Shown here piece by piece: positions 46,675 through 59,191 of a stretch of 64,000 bases of DNA. This stretch comes from Phallusia mammillata. Taxonomy: Eukaryota. The notes beneath the pieces are model-generated. The model did no database searches, was not told the DNA's origin, and saw nothing but the letters and a program-made list of their open reading frames with translations. Position numbers and translations under genes: made by a program. The DNA lies in the NCBI GenBank assembly GCA_965637545.1, contig OZ281495.1, positions 2,728,001 through 2,792,000 of the forward strand, given 5' to 3'. Positions within the stretch are counted from its first letter, which is position 1; each line of letters starts with the position of its first letter.

Positions 46675-49384
46675 TTTTGTTTTGTTCAGATAGGCAAGTC
46701 CTGACTGTTTTCACTACACAAATAAACACATGTACATTGTTGAGATTAGCCCTTGAAGCATTCATTCAGATCAGATATTATAACACATTCAGAGGTGTAA
46801 GCAACTGTTAGCTGATTACTTCATCGAGTTTGCGCGCGAGTGAATGTTTTACTGCTCTAAAAATCCTTCCTACCTCTCATCCATGTCCTACCTCTCATCT
46901 ACGCTGTTGGCTTAAACCTGACGTTTAAAATGCAACACGACAGTGGTTTTAAAATGTGATGCACGAGACCCATCAAGGGCTTAATTAAGCAATGCAGTTT
47001 AAGGCAAAAGCTTTTCATAGCACTTTAACGACAAGATGTATAGAACGAAAACACGGTACTGCCACAAATTCATTATGGCTCAGCATTTAGTAAAGTACAC
47101 AAAGAAAGAAAAAACATTATATGGTGGTTGAGCGCTTAGGCTATTCCGCTAGGCGATGCACCAGAGTTATAATTTGTCACGTTGTGCTTGGTATATTCAG
47201 CGAGAAAAATGTCTGTGTTGTCAACTTGATTACAACAGCGTGGAATGGTAAACTGAACAATTATTCGGACAATTCTAACGCGGTTTCTTTTCTTTGGCTT
47301 TTCTGCCGAAAATTTGCTGTCGTTGAGATGCTGTATTTAAACCCATTAGACTCGCCGGGCTTGTCAAGCACACAACCTTATGTAGCACTATGCTCAAGTA
47401 ACTGTTCTGTGTCAGATATAAATATTTCACTGTCATCGTCACTTTCATCGCCTCCACCCATTCATTGAACTTTTTATACATTCGTTTGTTTGGTCGCTAC
47501 CACTGACCCACACGAAAGACTAAAAACGTCAAGCCAGTGAGAAAACAAGCTATTTTAAAAGTGTTATCGCTCGTCACCAATTCCTTTCGTAATGTACGTT
47601 TCGGGAATAATACCATTTATTTCGCAAAACACAATTTTAGGCCTACTCTGTGTGTACTGCGCAAGTGCAGTCGCCTAAATAAAGGTTGGTCCGTCAACAC
47701 GACTGCGATTTATTTACAGCAGCTGAAAAGAGGAACCGTGTTTTTCACAAGCTCGCCGAGACCACCGCCATCAGACCGTAAGAAAGAAGGGGATGAAGGT
47801 AAAACGTTTTTGCCGGTGAAAAAAAACTACAAACTTGCTCGAAAACAAGAATTGTTGTTGCGTTAAAACTTGGTCTTGTGTCAAACTTAACAACTTGAGC
47901 AAGGAGAGTGTGGTTTGTAAAACTTCAAGGCTGTATGTTGGTCTAGTATAGATCTTCAATAAAAAGAATAAGCGTTGCAATATCCAACATTGGTTATATA
48001 AAAGACAAATGTTTTTTGTATAAACGGCAGCCTAACAATAAACACTACAACATGTTAAATCAACTTTGGGTGCGTTATTTACAGAATAAAGTCTAAACTT
48101 GTCATTTGCGTGTTTGTGGAAAATATTGCCAAACACACAATTGCATCCTAATATCACACACAAAATACGAATAGGTTCGAGTTGCGAAACGCGTTGAAAC
48201 ATGCAAAATATATTTCCAATCTTAAGTTTGTTTATTTCAGGTTTACTGTCTGGTTTCGCGCTTGACTGATTTTGGGAGCTCAAACTGGTATAACTGAGCG
48301 AGTGTTTCTGCGTATTAACGTCAAGCATCTTCAACCTGCGCAAACGGTTTGTGTTGTCGCTATGTGTGGGTTTCTGATTCAAAAATATTTAGTTATTATC
48401 CAAAAATAAATGATGGTACTCTATTTGCCTCAAACTGATTTACATATCACATTGTTATGATTGCATGTTGTGCTTTTCGTGTTTGAATATTACAAGTAGT
48501 TAAGTGCATTTAAAATGTAGCTACCCAGAACAAGGACTACATGCTGTAAAACACGAAAGTAAGAAAAAAATGCCACCAATCTATACACCATCAACATCCT
48601 AAACAACCCCTGTATGATTACCAAGATGCAAAATGATTACTAACAAAATGTCATTAGATCCCTACAAACCTTATTCGAATCTAAAACAGGTAACAATATA
48701 TTAATGGTCATCGACAGTTGTTATTATAGCTATAAATGACGTCGAGCATGTTATTTAATAAACTTAGGTATGCACCGAAAATCGCAGTGTAAACGGAAGG
48801 GGTTACAAGCTAAGGTTGGGTTCGACGTCACTAAGCATAGTGTAAACGGGCTTTAGGTCGGATTTACCACGATTTGTACTCTTTGTGTTGAGCGCAAAGC
48901 TGTTCCAACGCGCTTGACTGGTGCTTGTGTAAATAATGTGGCGTACATTTGGTATATTTCGCACAAGCGGTATCCGATGTAAGCAAAAATCATGATATTA
49001 CATTTACTGGGTTGGCTACAAATATTTTACCGAGCCCTTTATAGAATCAGGCCAACGTTCTAGGTTTTCTGGTACTAGTAAAAATATTAGCCCTACTACT
49101 TTATTTATGTTATTTTGTGGAAAGGGAAGGCTATTGTGTATTTAAACCATAACGGAAACAATGCAAAAAATACAAAAATCCGTCCCTGGCCTTCAGTGAA
49201 ACTACGTGACTTACCCGTTCCCTCATGGGATGTTTGCACTGAAAATTTTAAAAAAAAACGAAAGAAATATATTTACTTTTGCAGAACCACAAAATCAAAA
49301 AATCAATCAAAAAACATGTACAAAATGTACTCAAAAAGAGCAGCAGACGATCAGCGTCAGTGTAACGTTTTATTTTTGAAAAAC

Positions 49385-49424
49385 AGAAATATTAATTTCG
49401 CCTATTTTGGCATCGTCAGTTTCC
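49385..49424 (-). ncRNA. Minimal type-I hammerhead ribozyme at the PLE 3' end
   Basis: ggaaa CTGACGA t gcc aaaata ggc GAAA tta ATA tttct: palindromic stem III (ATTAAT), AUA triplet, stem I gaaa/tttc. Confidence 0.78.
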
Positions 49425-50770
49425 GTCTAAAAAGAAAAGAACGATAAAAACACATAAAAGCTAAAACGGTAAAATACTAAGCAAGTAACAGCCGCAAATT
49501 CAGACCAAAGCGATGAAAAACAATGGAGAAGGTCTGCAAATAACACCAAAGCTGACTGACTGCTAAAATGGGGGGTGGCAATAAAGGGGCCGGTAGCAAA
49601 CGAAAAAACTAACACATGTAAGAAGGTGATGACGTCATTAAGTGATAAGGGGTCGTGCGTACAAGGTGTCAGAAAGCTGATTATTTTACCTGTGGCAAAA
49701 TCATTGGTTGTATGTTTATGGTCGCCTTTAGGTCGTTCAACCATTTGTCCTCACAAATATCTAACCGGCTCATAGGCGGCTCTTCAACAAATATTACCGA
49801 AAACCAACTTGATATGTCCGGTTTGTTTGCTCTTGCTGTCTGTTACGTCCCCTGTTCGCCACGTTGATCTGTGTGCGTTCCATCTTGTGCTCAAACGGTT
49901 TTTCGTTTGCCCCACGTATTGTTCTTTGCATGTGGTGCAGGTGGCCACGTATATGCCATAATTTTTGCATGTCAGTTGTTGCCTTAGAGGAATAGAGTGG
50001 TTGGAAGGGGTGGTGACATAGGAAACGGAAGGAACCATAGCTTTGAACCCCTTTCTACAACCACACAATGCGCATTTGCCGCATGGTCGTGAATATCCAC
50101 CAGCCTGTTGACTCGACATATCCAGTACGTGCTTTTTTGATAGTATTGCGCCCAGTGTTTTGGGACGTTTGAACGTAATGCAAGCCCCGGGTTTCAGCGC
50201 TTTTTCTTTGCCTGTCAGGTGAAGGATGCGTGGAAAATTTGTAGCCCAGACAACTCTTTTGTGTGGCTCCTGCGGCATAGTATTAGGTCCAAACCGTTGT
50301 TTCCAGGTGGAAGCTAGTGTGATTATGTCCGAAGTCATTTTCTTAGGAAAGCAAGAAAGTATACATTTTGGCTGCAACCTCTTAAGGCTGTGGATGAAGT
50401 CGGCATCATTTTCATTCAGGCGGCGCATGCGTACTGCTTCCGAAAAAACAATTGATTTGAATAGGCAAGGAGGATGGTGCGAAAATCCATTTAAAAAACG
50501 ACGGGATACAGCCGTAGGTTTAACGTAATCTTTAGTTGTAAAACCTGTTGCGGTGGTGTCGGACGTAACATGGAGAACGTCGAGGAACTCCAATTCTTTT
50601 CCAGGTGCAGCTGTGCATATCTTTCGAAAGGTTAGGGACAGGCCAAAACTGGCAAAAGTTTTGCTATGTAATGGTTTTACAATTCTCATGCTTGTGGTTC
50701 TCAACCAGGCGAGGGGATTCCCCACTAGAGAGGAATTTTGTAATTTGTAGAGGGGGAATTTGTGTTACAA
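49385..50770 (-). mobile_element. Internally deleted Penelope-like retroelement (RT thumb + GIY-YIG endonuclease)
   Basis: LEFLDV, YVKPT, SHHP, CGKCALC linker, GIYVATC...QYVGQT; C-terminus VIFVEEPP...EDKWL...INIQPMILPQVK* (stop 49681-49683) in a shifted frame; RT catalytic core absent. Confidence 0.9.
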
Positions 50771-51319
50771 TATCAATCTCTTACTGGTAGTTCGTGCTAT
50801 GTGTTATTGCTGCAATTATCATGCATGAGCTAAAAATAATAATTCACACTGAATATGTAGTACAAAGAGGTACACACAGGAATATTAAAGGCTATAGACT
50901 AGTATAGAAGTTATAATCGAGAGAATTTCTGTTCTAAGAATTACATTGAAATGTTAATGTAAACGATATTTTAGCAAGCTGAATTTGAAGGGGGGAACTA
51001 TAGATTTGAATAACGACCAAACTAAAATTGGGATAAAATTTTCCACAAATATGAGGATAAAGTAGGATAAAATTTTCCACAAAAATCACTTAGAACCATT
51101 TGTATAGCATTAAATCTACATTTTTGCATGCATGGGACAGTTGTTCTATAAATCTCTTGTTCCCCTATTGGTGTAAATATTAAATGCAGGATCCATGATG
51201 GAAATTCTTGACAAATGTGAAAATATACGAGCTTCTAATGTGAAAAAATCAAACATGAAATTATTTACACACATAAATGTGAATTTGTTTCACAAAAGCT
51301 TTGTTACGAACCAAAACTT

Positions 51320-52104
51320 TCACTGTTTTTGCAGCAAATTTGTAATTTTGTCCAACTTTGCTTTGTTGGATTTTAAATACCTTTCACCTTTTTCAATTCT
51401 TTCTTCTTTATCTTCCTCGGTTAAATCTCTCACTGATCTATAAACTTCGATTGCTTTTGTGTAATTTGCGTCTGCTTCTTCGAGTCGTGAAGTTTCCTCG
51501 CAAACAAAACCAAGATAGTTCAACAAGGTACCATAGATTCGATACTTCGAACATTCATTGCCAAATTTTGTTTCCATAAGTTCAAGTCCACGTTTTATTG
51601 TTGTTTCGCTCGATGTCCAATCCCTGATGTAATATTGACTCCAGGCAATACAACCCAAACAGCGAACCTCCCATTCGCATCGAATTTTTTGGTTAATTAG
51701 AAGATCGCTTATTTGCCGAGTCATGTCGTGCATCAGTGGAATCACGTGATTGCGCACAATTTTTTTGTTTTTTGACTTAAAAGTTGAATCAGATTTTTCC
51801 ATCAGAAGTTCTATTGTATCTCGAATTTCAAATGCACGGACAGTTACACTTCTCGCTACAGTAAGGTGAGGATTTTTCTTCGCATAGAAATCTGCGGCAA
51901 TGCGAAAAAACAAAATGGCTTTCAAATATTTGCCGTCATATCGAAGTTTTTTAGCTTTTCTGATTAAGTTATCCGCGGTGAGCCCTGGTAGTCCTTCGAT
52001 TGATTTTAAAAGTTGTTTTTTAATCTTTTCTGCTTTTCCAGCGTTTCCAGATATTAATAACTCAAAATAACTGTGTATGCGTTGGTTGAAGTCGACATTT
52101 CCAT
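51320..52104 (-). CDS. Unit 3 terminal TPR-like exon (most divergent copy)
   Basis: tttctcag|AT, phase 1; open for 261 codons to the stop. Confidence 0.85.
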
Positions 52105-52249
52105 CTGAGAAAAATGAGAGTGCTGTTTTAACTGCATTGCAGGTGTCAAGAAAATACTAATACAAATATTCTGTTTACAAGGTCAAGCACTTAAAAGTCA
52201 GTAGACGAGGTAATACTTTTTATACCGCGTCGCTTTGTGATTAGTTTAC

Positions 52250-52339
52250 CTGTGGGTTGCTGTGGAGATGTGCTACTGAAACTGGCAATTAGTTTTAATG
52301 ATGCGATGGAGCGTACCTCGTCATCGTGTTCGATTGGAT
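52250..52339 (-). CDS. Unit 3 type-B linker exon
   Basis: tttag|AT ... G|gtaaac, 90 nt. Confidence 0.75.
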
Positions 52340-52467
52340 CTAAACAAATATTAATTTTGATCAAATGTTTCGTTCAAAAATGTTGTTTAAAAACACTGAT
52401 TTTTTAGCGTTGCCAGTTATATATTTTAAACGATAACTACTTTCCAACGTTTCAATACATCTTATAC

Positions 52468-52578
52468 CAGGTTGCTGTTGTTGTGTTTTGAAGGTGGGAA
52501 ATTCCTCTCGTGTCTTTACGAGCTTACGTGCGCCTTTTGTTGGCTTAGTGGATTGTTTCTCACCTGATGTGGAGGGCA
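52468..52578 (-). CDS. Unit 3 type-A linker exon
   Basis: tttag|TG ... G|gtataa, 111 nt. Confidence 0.75.
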
Positions 52579-53073
52579 CTAAAAAAATTGTTGGTTCACA
52601 AGACAATAAGTTTGATAAAAGTCAATGCACTGTTAATTTTTCTTGTATAATGACAAAATGCATTCAGCTAAACTGTCCCGTTACCGAGTGAAATGGTTTT
52701 AGGTTTCGTTGGAAAAATGTTGACTTTCCACCAGCAGTGTACGATTTGCAGTTAAGCAACGCGTGGTGTTAAATGTTATTTCGCCAAACCAAGTACTTAG
52801 AATTTTCAGCTTAAGAGTAAAATTAGTTTCCTGATACTATTAAGTCTATTAGGCAAATCCGCTGCAAGTATTGAATTGATTGACAGAGACAAGGCGTTGT
52901 TATGCCTACTTACAACATACTTATGCTTTATTAATTTTGAACAATTTAAGAACCGTTGGACTTCCATTAAAGTATAGTTGATAACCGAAGCTTTGGGTTT
53001 GCAAGGTCAAACGCTTTAAAGTTAACAGACGAATTATTACTTTTCGCAACGTGCTGCTTTGTAATTGGTTTAT

Positions 53074-53160
53074 CTGCAGGTTGCTGTGGTGATGTACTGT
53101 CGAAACGAGCGATAAACTGTTGTAGTGATGTGATGGAACGCTTCTTGGTGACGATTGGAT
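53074..53160 (-). pseudogene. Type-B exon with destroyed donor (GT>AT)
   Basis: DPIVTKKRSITSLQQFIARFDSTSPQQPA G|ataaac instead of gtaaac. Confidence 0.7.
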
Positions 53161-53449
53161 CTAAACATAAATGACACTAAATTAATTACTTTACCCAAAA
53201 ATCTGAAAATCTTAATGTAGCTTTAAGCTTTCCCGATAACTACGAATTCAAAGTTACAAATTTATCTTATAACAGGTTGCGGTCCAATAACAAACTTTCC
53301 GTGACACGATTATAACAATGATTTTAAATTTGCTTTAAAAAAATGCTTTGTAGCTCCAAAGCCTGTGATAGAACATAATATCGTAATTTATTTTCAACTT
53401 CTAATAAATAACATAAATTTGTGATTTAATTGGCAAAAAATAAACTTAC

Positions 53450-53533
53450 CAGCAGGTTGCAGTGGTGATGTACTCCTGGAATGGTCAATTTCCTCTCGTG
53501 GGGGGCGTTTTTCGCCACCTTTACTGGTTGAAT
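53450..53533 (-). CDS. Unit 3 type-B' linker exon
   Basis: tttag|AT ... G|gtaagt, 84 nt. Confidence 0.75.
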
Positions 53534-53962
53534 CTAAATAAAGATAATTTCGAAATTACTTTACTTTTAAAACACATGTACAAAACAACTACAAATTTTA
53601 ACCTACTAATGTATTTCATATCCGAGTACCGTGTTTTACTGGTGGTGGGAGTTATCACTCTTATGTGGCATCTAATGGTTTACTTGATTGATTTATGGTG
53701 CCACCAATTGTGGAGGGCTTTCAAATACACATGCTATTTGGATGCACAAACAAAGCCTGCTTGGCTGGAATTTTTATCGGCATCCGAGCTTATTTACATG
53801 CTTTGGAAATGACAAATCAGTTTAAGTAACTGTGAGTTAAATCTGTGTAATTAAGTATAATGTTGCCTAGCATAAACATCTGAGTGCGGCGTTAATATAT
53901 CGTTCTTAAAAGAATTTGTCTGTATAGACAACGTTACATTAAGTTACACAGAAACAAAATAC

Positions 53963-54226
53963 CTTTAGGCAATGAAGTGACACTTTCACCTTGCTTACTG
54001 CTCACAGGGAAACTAGAGGTTGCTTGTAACAACTCTATTCGCAAATTGATCAAATGAAAAATCTGCTTTCCATTATTGGTGTAAACTTGGCGTTTAGTCG
54101 GGGCCGAGGAACTAATGGGGCTCAGGCTCTGGTTTAAAAGTGAGGGTTTCGGGGGCAAGGAAGGTTTGGTTTTTGTTTTTGGTTGGCTTTGATTATTAGA
54201 TGTTTGATTGGATCTATGAAGATCTC
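53963..54226 (-). CDS. Unit 3 proline-rich linker exon (..KTKPSLPPKPSLL..)
   Basis: tttttcag|GA ... G|gtattt, 264 nt, open, phase 1-1. Confidence 0.6.
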
Positions 54227-54912
54227 CTGAAAAACATGAAAAACTCAGTCATCCGTGCAAGCAGCAACACAACTCATGCAGATGTGCCAGGTACCGTTCT
54301 GCACATAGGGTCAGTCGATGGTTTCGTTTTATCCCTAGCTGACTCTGAGGGTTTTAACGCGGGTTTTGTTGCCCGTCGCGTAGGCTGATTGCACTAGAAT
54401 TATTTTCAGTTATCATAACCTAATTCTTAAAAATCTATTTTTAATTGCCACTACCCAAATGTTTCATCGTTACGAATTAAAATTGTTGAGGTGTTAGTTG
54501 CTGGCGTTGCCGCTAATACTGAACAAACCGCTAATACTGAACAAAAAAATTCCACTATTTAACATACTTGTAATTATACTGGTGTAGTGCAAGACAAAAA
54601 TACTGGTTGTTTTTGAAAACTTGGTGCAGCTAACATTGACTTCTTATCAAACTTGCAGAGCACGGTTGCTGTTTTAACCTTATTTTCTAATTTACAACAA
54701 CGATTTTAATTTTGTTTTACAATATACTTTACAGATCCGCAACGTGTGATGAGAGGTAATAATTCAGTCACAATTTCCAATATAAAGCGGACTAACTTAT
54801 ATTTGTCATTTAATTGTTTGAATGTTTGTTTTATTTCTTCCTCAGCGGGCGAGCAACGTCTGAATGCGTTATGATCTAAAAAAAGTCCGCTGTTGCTGTG
54901 TGGCTAGTTTAC

Positions 54913-55005
54913 CTGTGGTTTGCTGTGGTGATTTGCTGTTGAAACGGGCGGTTAATTGTTGCAGTGATGCGGTAAAGCGTTTCTCCGCATCATGTGTAAT
55001 GGGAT
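54913..55005 (-). CDS. Unit 3 type-B linker exon (…SLQQLTARFNSKSPQQTT)
   Basis: tttag|AT ... G|gtaaac, 93 nt. Confidence 0.75.
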
Positions 55006-55351
55006 CTAAACAAATTTTAATTTTGGCATAATAATTACAAAAACAGTCCGTCTTCTGCCTCAGTTTTCCTAAAACCATTTTAAGTTAGTTTAAGTTCGTA
55101 ATGTTGTTGCAGTTTCTTAGGAAAAATAGTAAGTTTATTTTTGTGCTGTTTTAGCGGCAGAGTGGCGAAAGACCCTAAGGTCACCTTATCAGCCACCCTC
55201 GATTTCAATACAGATACGTTTAATAAATTTAACCTTTATTAGGACAACTGTATGTTCTTACAGTTCAATTGATCCTGTATACAAGTGCTGTAATCTATTT
55301 CTACTTAAAGTTAATCTATTTACAAGAAAACATTTTTTTTTGTTATTTTAC

Positions 55352-55575
55352 CTTGAAATCTCTTGGTTCTGGGTGGCGATCTGTTCATAGTAACCGGTTA
55401 ATTTTCGCTTACTTGCGGTTAATCAAATCTATTTGAGTTAAATTCGTCAAAGATTGAAATTAGCTTAGTGGTCCTGCTTAAACTCGATCTGGTATTTTTA
55501 CTTGTTCTGGTCTTCAATTAAACATCCACGAAACCTCCTAAACCGGCCACGAATTTGAGGTTACAATGATGTCAA
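55352..55575 (-). pseudogene. Unit 3 kinase remnant: G-loop fused to C-terminal tail
   Basis: DI.CNLKFVAGLGGFVDV* followed within ~50 nt by TTKLIS...F D*PQVSEN*...RFQ G|gtaaaa; catalytic lobes deleted; terminal donor retained. Confidence 0.85.
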
Positions 55576-57546
55576 GTTAATCAAATAACTTTGCAACTAA
55601 AACGACTAAACTCGTAAGGTTTCTCTTTTACTTGTTTCGTTGTAGCCATCGTAACATCATTAAAGTTTTACACAAAATTCAGCCTGACAACCTGTTGCTG
55701 TGAAAACAGCTGATATCAGCGGGAATTAAACAAATATTAGCGCTCCTTCAAATTAACAACAGAAGCCTAATTTTCATTGAGCTGCTACAACTTTACGCTA
55801 CACTGATCACACAAATCGGCTGGCGAGTCGAGTTCTTGTTGGGGTTACCTGATACGGTCACGTGAGAAGTGACGTCATCAGTTGATATTCAACGGCTGAG
55901 CAGCGAAAGTCACGCTCTTAGCACAGAGGGTTAGCTTAAACTTCAAGGTACGGTAAACACAATGACTAACTTGAAAGGCCCATTTTCTATATATTGCTAA
56001 CTTGTATATTCTACTTCTTATTTAATCAGTATACCTCATACACCATTTGCTATACTCATATCCGATATAACTCATCTGTTACTTAAATTCATTAAGACTC
56101 TTATCTTTATTCGGCACTGACAATTTATAAAACCAGGTTCTAAGGAAACTAAAACGATCAAAACAAAACTATTCAATACCGAGAATGACTATAACTTATT
56201 TAGTTTATTTTTTCGTGAGAAATTATCATTACCACACAGAGGGTATTTGCTAACCTTGTGTCCCGTTGCCTATTGGTTTTGTTTGAAGTGTCAGTTGGCG
56301 CTTAACAAATATTGACTTTCCATCAAACTAATGTGCGTAAGATTCCAGATAATAACCGGTGCAAGTACAGTTAAGCGAAATCCTAGGCAACATGCAAAAA
56401 CGCCTAATCTTTTACACAAGAAATGCCATCGCTAAGCCAAATGCACTTTTCCTGTTATAGGTAGCCTATTTAAAGAACAAAAGGAGGAATAAACAAAACA
56501 AATCACCAAATTTACAACAAAAAACGCATGTTATACTGGGTTTTGTATTGCAATATTACATCAGTAACTTACACATTTAGCTTTAACAAAATCAGGTTCA
56601 ATATTTCATCTACAGCTTGGGGATATTGTACGACAACAAAACGTGAGGAAATGAGTGAACTCGGTAAACATTTTGTTTCTCTCGCTACGATTATCGTGTC
56701 TCGCATCCTACAGCGAACCGGACAGATTGCTTTCTTTCTTTTACTCTCGTCTTATGCTACGTATTCGTACGTTGTGTTCATCTATTTTCATGTATCTCGA
56801 ACAAACACCTCGCTACAATGTTGTTAGCCCTATTACCGTCAGCACTTTCGTACGCTTTATTAGTTCGCATCGATTGCCTGTTATAAAGTAGGCTGTAAAA
56901 ATGCTTGTTCTGTGCACTGTAAAATAGACATAAATTAAGCTAACCTAATGTTCAAACAATTAGCCTTTTTAGGATTTGTTAACAAACAAAAATTTACTCA
57001 TACAACTGGCAACTGGGAAATCAATGGTTGTTGTTAGCAACACTTCCGGGGACGTGGGAACATTTGGTCAGAGAGTTTTTTCTGCTTGGGTGCCTAAATA
57101 TTTACTTGGATATTTTTTAATAGAGTCGAAAGTTTTCTGTTTCGTGCCATGAATCGCTTTATCAATATTTAAAAGTATATTACTTGGTTTATTTAATGTA
57201 AAATGGCATTTAGTGTTTATTACAGAATCTTTCCCGTAAATAGTAGGCATCTTCTGTCGACGATCACGGATTAAATAGTGAATCATCTGTAAGAATAATT
57301 GATGAAGCAACAGCGCTTTCTAATCAAAATTAGTCAACAAATGTTATTTAACGATATATATTTCACCCGTAAGGGCATCGCAACCCCATATGGCGACTTG
57401 CTTTGCAATCAGACATTTAGCTGTTGTCCGCCAGATGTCAGCCCGGGAACACTTTAGTGGTTAATGTATTGTTTGCTGGAATGTTCCAATGTTGTTTGTC
57501 ATGTGTTTCATTTCGCATGACACAGTGATCAGTACCTTTTGATTTG

Positions 57547-58006
57547 AGATGTACCGAACATTCGGTTTGCCGGATGTATTCTGCCGAATCGGCCATTTTT
57601 GCAAAGATTCAGTTTCGGCCGAATAATTCGTTGCGATTGGGCCGAAACCGAATCGCGAACTTACATTTAAATCGCTGAACGTGTCTTTTCTGCTCAGTAA
57701 GGTACCACGCAATCTTTCAAACTACACCATAACGAAAACTTTTCTAGTTTTTAACACATTTTCGTTTTTCCTAGTGTAGACAAAAAATCAGTAATTCTTT
57801 GCCAGGTTAGTAATCATGCTTGAGGCAATTTTACACCCAACAGAAGTAAAATGATGAAAAAATGCAACCATTTTGCACTAATTGCCTGGTAGATGAACTT
57901 ATGTTTTCATGACAAACGCGTACTGACGACTGCGCGTGACGTCATAAATGATTAGCCGAATATTCGGTTTCGGACGAATCGAAATTTTAGCCGATTCGGT
58001 ATATCA
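57547..58006. mobile_element. CCGAATATTCGG-type MITE
   Basis: Imperfect inverted ends AGATGTACCGAA / TTCGGTATATC with internal ccgaat/attcgg palindromes; second copy at 19368. Confidence 0.65.
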
Positions 58007-58430
58007 CCACTTTTGGTCCACAGCGATAAAAACAAATTGAAACACTTGGAATCATTTAAGCCGAAATTGAGCGACAGATAGAAAGGGTTATGCAAAAACT
58101 TCAGGTTGGGTTTAATCATACCTGCTGTGATGTAAAAACATGTTTTGCGCTTCCTCATTATATGTGATCTGTGTGCCGTAAACATACTTACAAAACTTAT
58201 ATTCTCAAGCTGCTATATTCTATAAAGTAAAATATCTCCCCAAAACATTTTTCATCAATTTTTTGAAAAGTAAGTATAATTTTTACATTAGTACAAAAAA
58301 TCGTCACTAATATAAAGCAATTTTGCACAAAAAAGCATAATATTAAACATAAAATTAATTTACGGTATCAATTTGTTTCGCAATAATTTTATCACAGACA
58401 AACACTTTAGTTGTTTTGTAGCAACGTTAA

Positions 58431-59191
58431 TCACTTGTTCAACTTTGCTTTGGTTTCTTGCAAACCAACCTCACTTGTCGCAATATATTCTCCTCGCTGT
58501 TCCTCAGTTAAATCCTCCGCTGTTTTGTAAACTTCGATTGCTTTTGTGTAATATTCGATTGCTTCGTTTAATCGTAAAGTTTTCTCAAAAGCATCACCAA
58601 GATTGTTCAACAAAGAGCCGTAGATAGAATACTTTGAACTTTCATCCCCGAACTTTGTTTCCATAAATTCAAGTCCAAGTTTTATAGTTGTTTCCCTCGA
58701 TGATAAATCCCCGATGTAATATTGACTCAGTTCAATGTTATGCAAACACCGAACCTCACAATAACATCGAATTTTTTCGTTTATTTGAAGGTCGCGGATT
58801 TGCTGAGTCATTTTACGCATCAGTGGGATCACGTGAACACGCACAATTTCTGTGTTTCTCGGCTTCGAAGATGAATCAGAAGTTTTCATCAAAAGTTTGA
58901 TTGTTTCTCGAATTTCCAGCGCACACACAACTACACTTTTCGCTACAGTAAAGTCGGAAAATTTCTTCACATAGAAATCTGCGGCAATACTAAAAACCAA
59001 AATGGTTTCCAAATATTGGCCTTTATTTCTAAATTTCGTGGCTTTTTCTTCCAGATTTTCTGCAGTGGCTCCCGGTTGACCTGTGATTGACCATAAAAGT
59101 TGTTGTTTTGTCGTTTTTGCATCGTCGAGTTTTTTTGTTTTTAATAAATCAACATAATTTTGAATGCGTTGATTGAATTCGTCGGTTTGGT
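58431..59191 (-). CDS. Unit 4 terminal TPR-like exon
   Basis: tccctgcag|AC, phase 1; 59 open codons upstream of the ORF-track start. Confidence 0.88.

Noticed and set aside
46870-46900. Short tandem duplications (here, and at 13129-13158, 7775-7832, 54506-54545)
   Set aside because: Two-copy slippage events with no further structure.
50713-50723. NF-kB-like palindrome GGGGATTCCCC
   Set aside because: It is the codons for V-G-N-P inside the Penelope ORF.
54733-54875. Open 143-nt exon-like stretch in unit 3
   Set aside because: Only 37 nt from the previous donor and phase 1-0 with no phase-0 partner.
55859-55878. ATGACGTCA near the unit 3 remnant as a start exon, and other TGACGTCA (CRE-like) sites
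   Set aside because: In-frame stop after six codons; the 8-mer recurs at many unrelated positions in the window.
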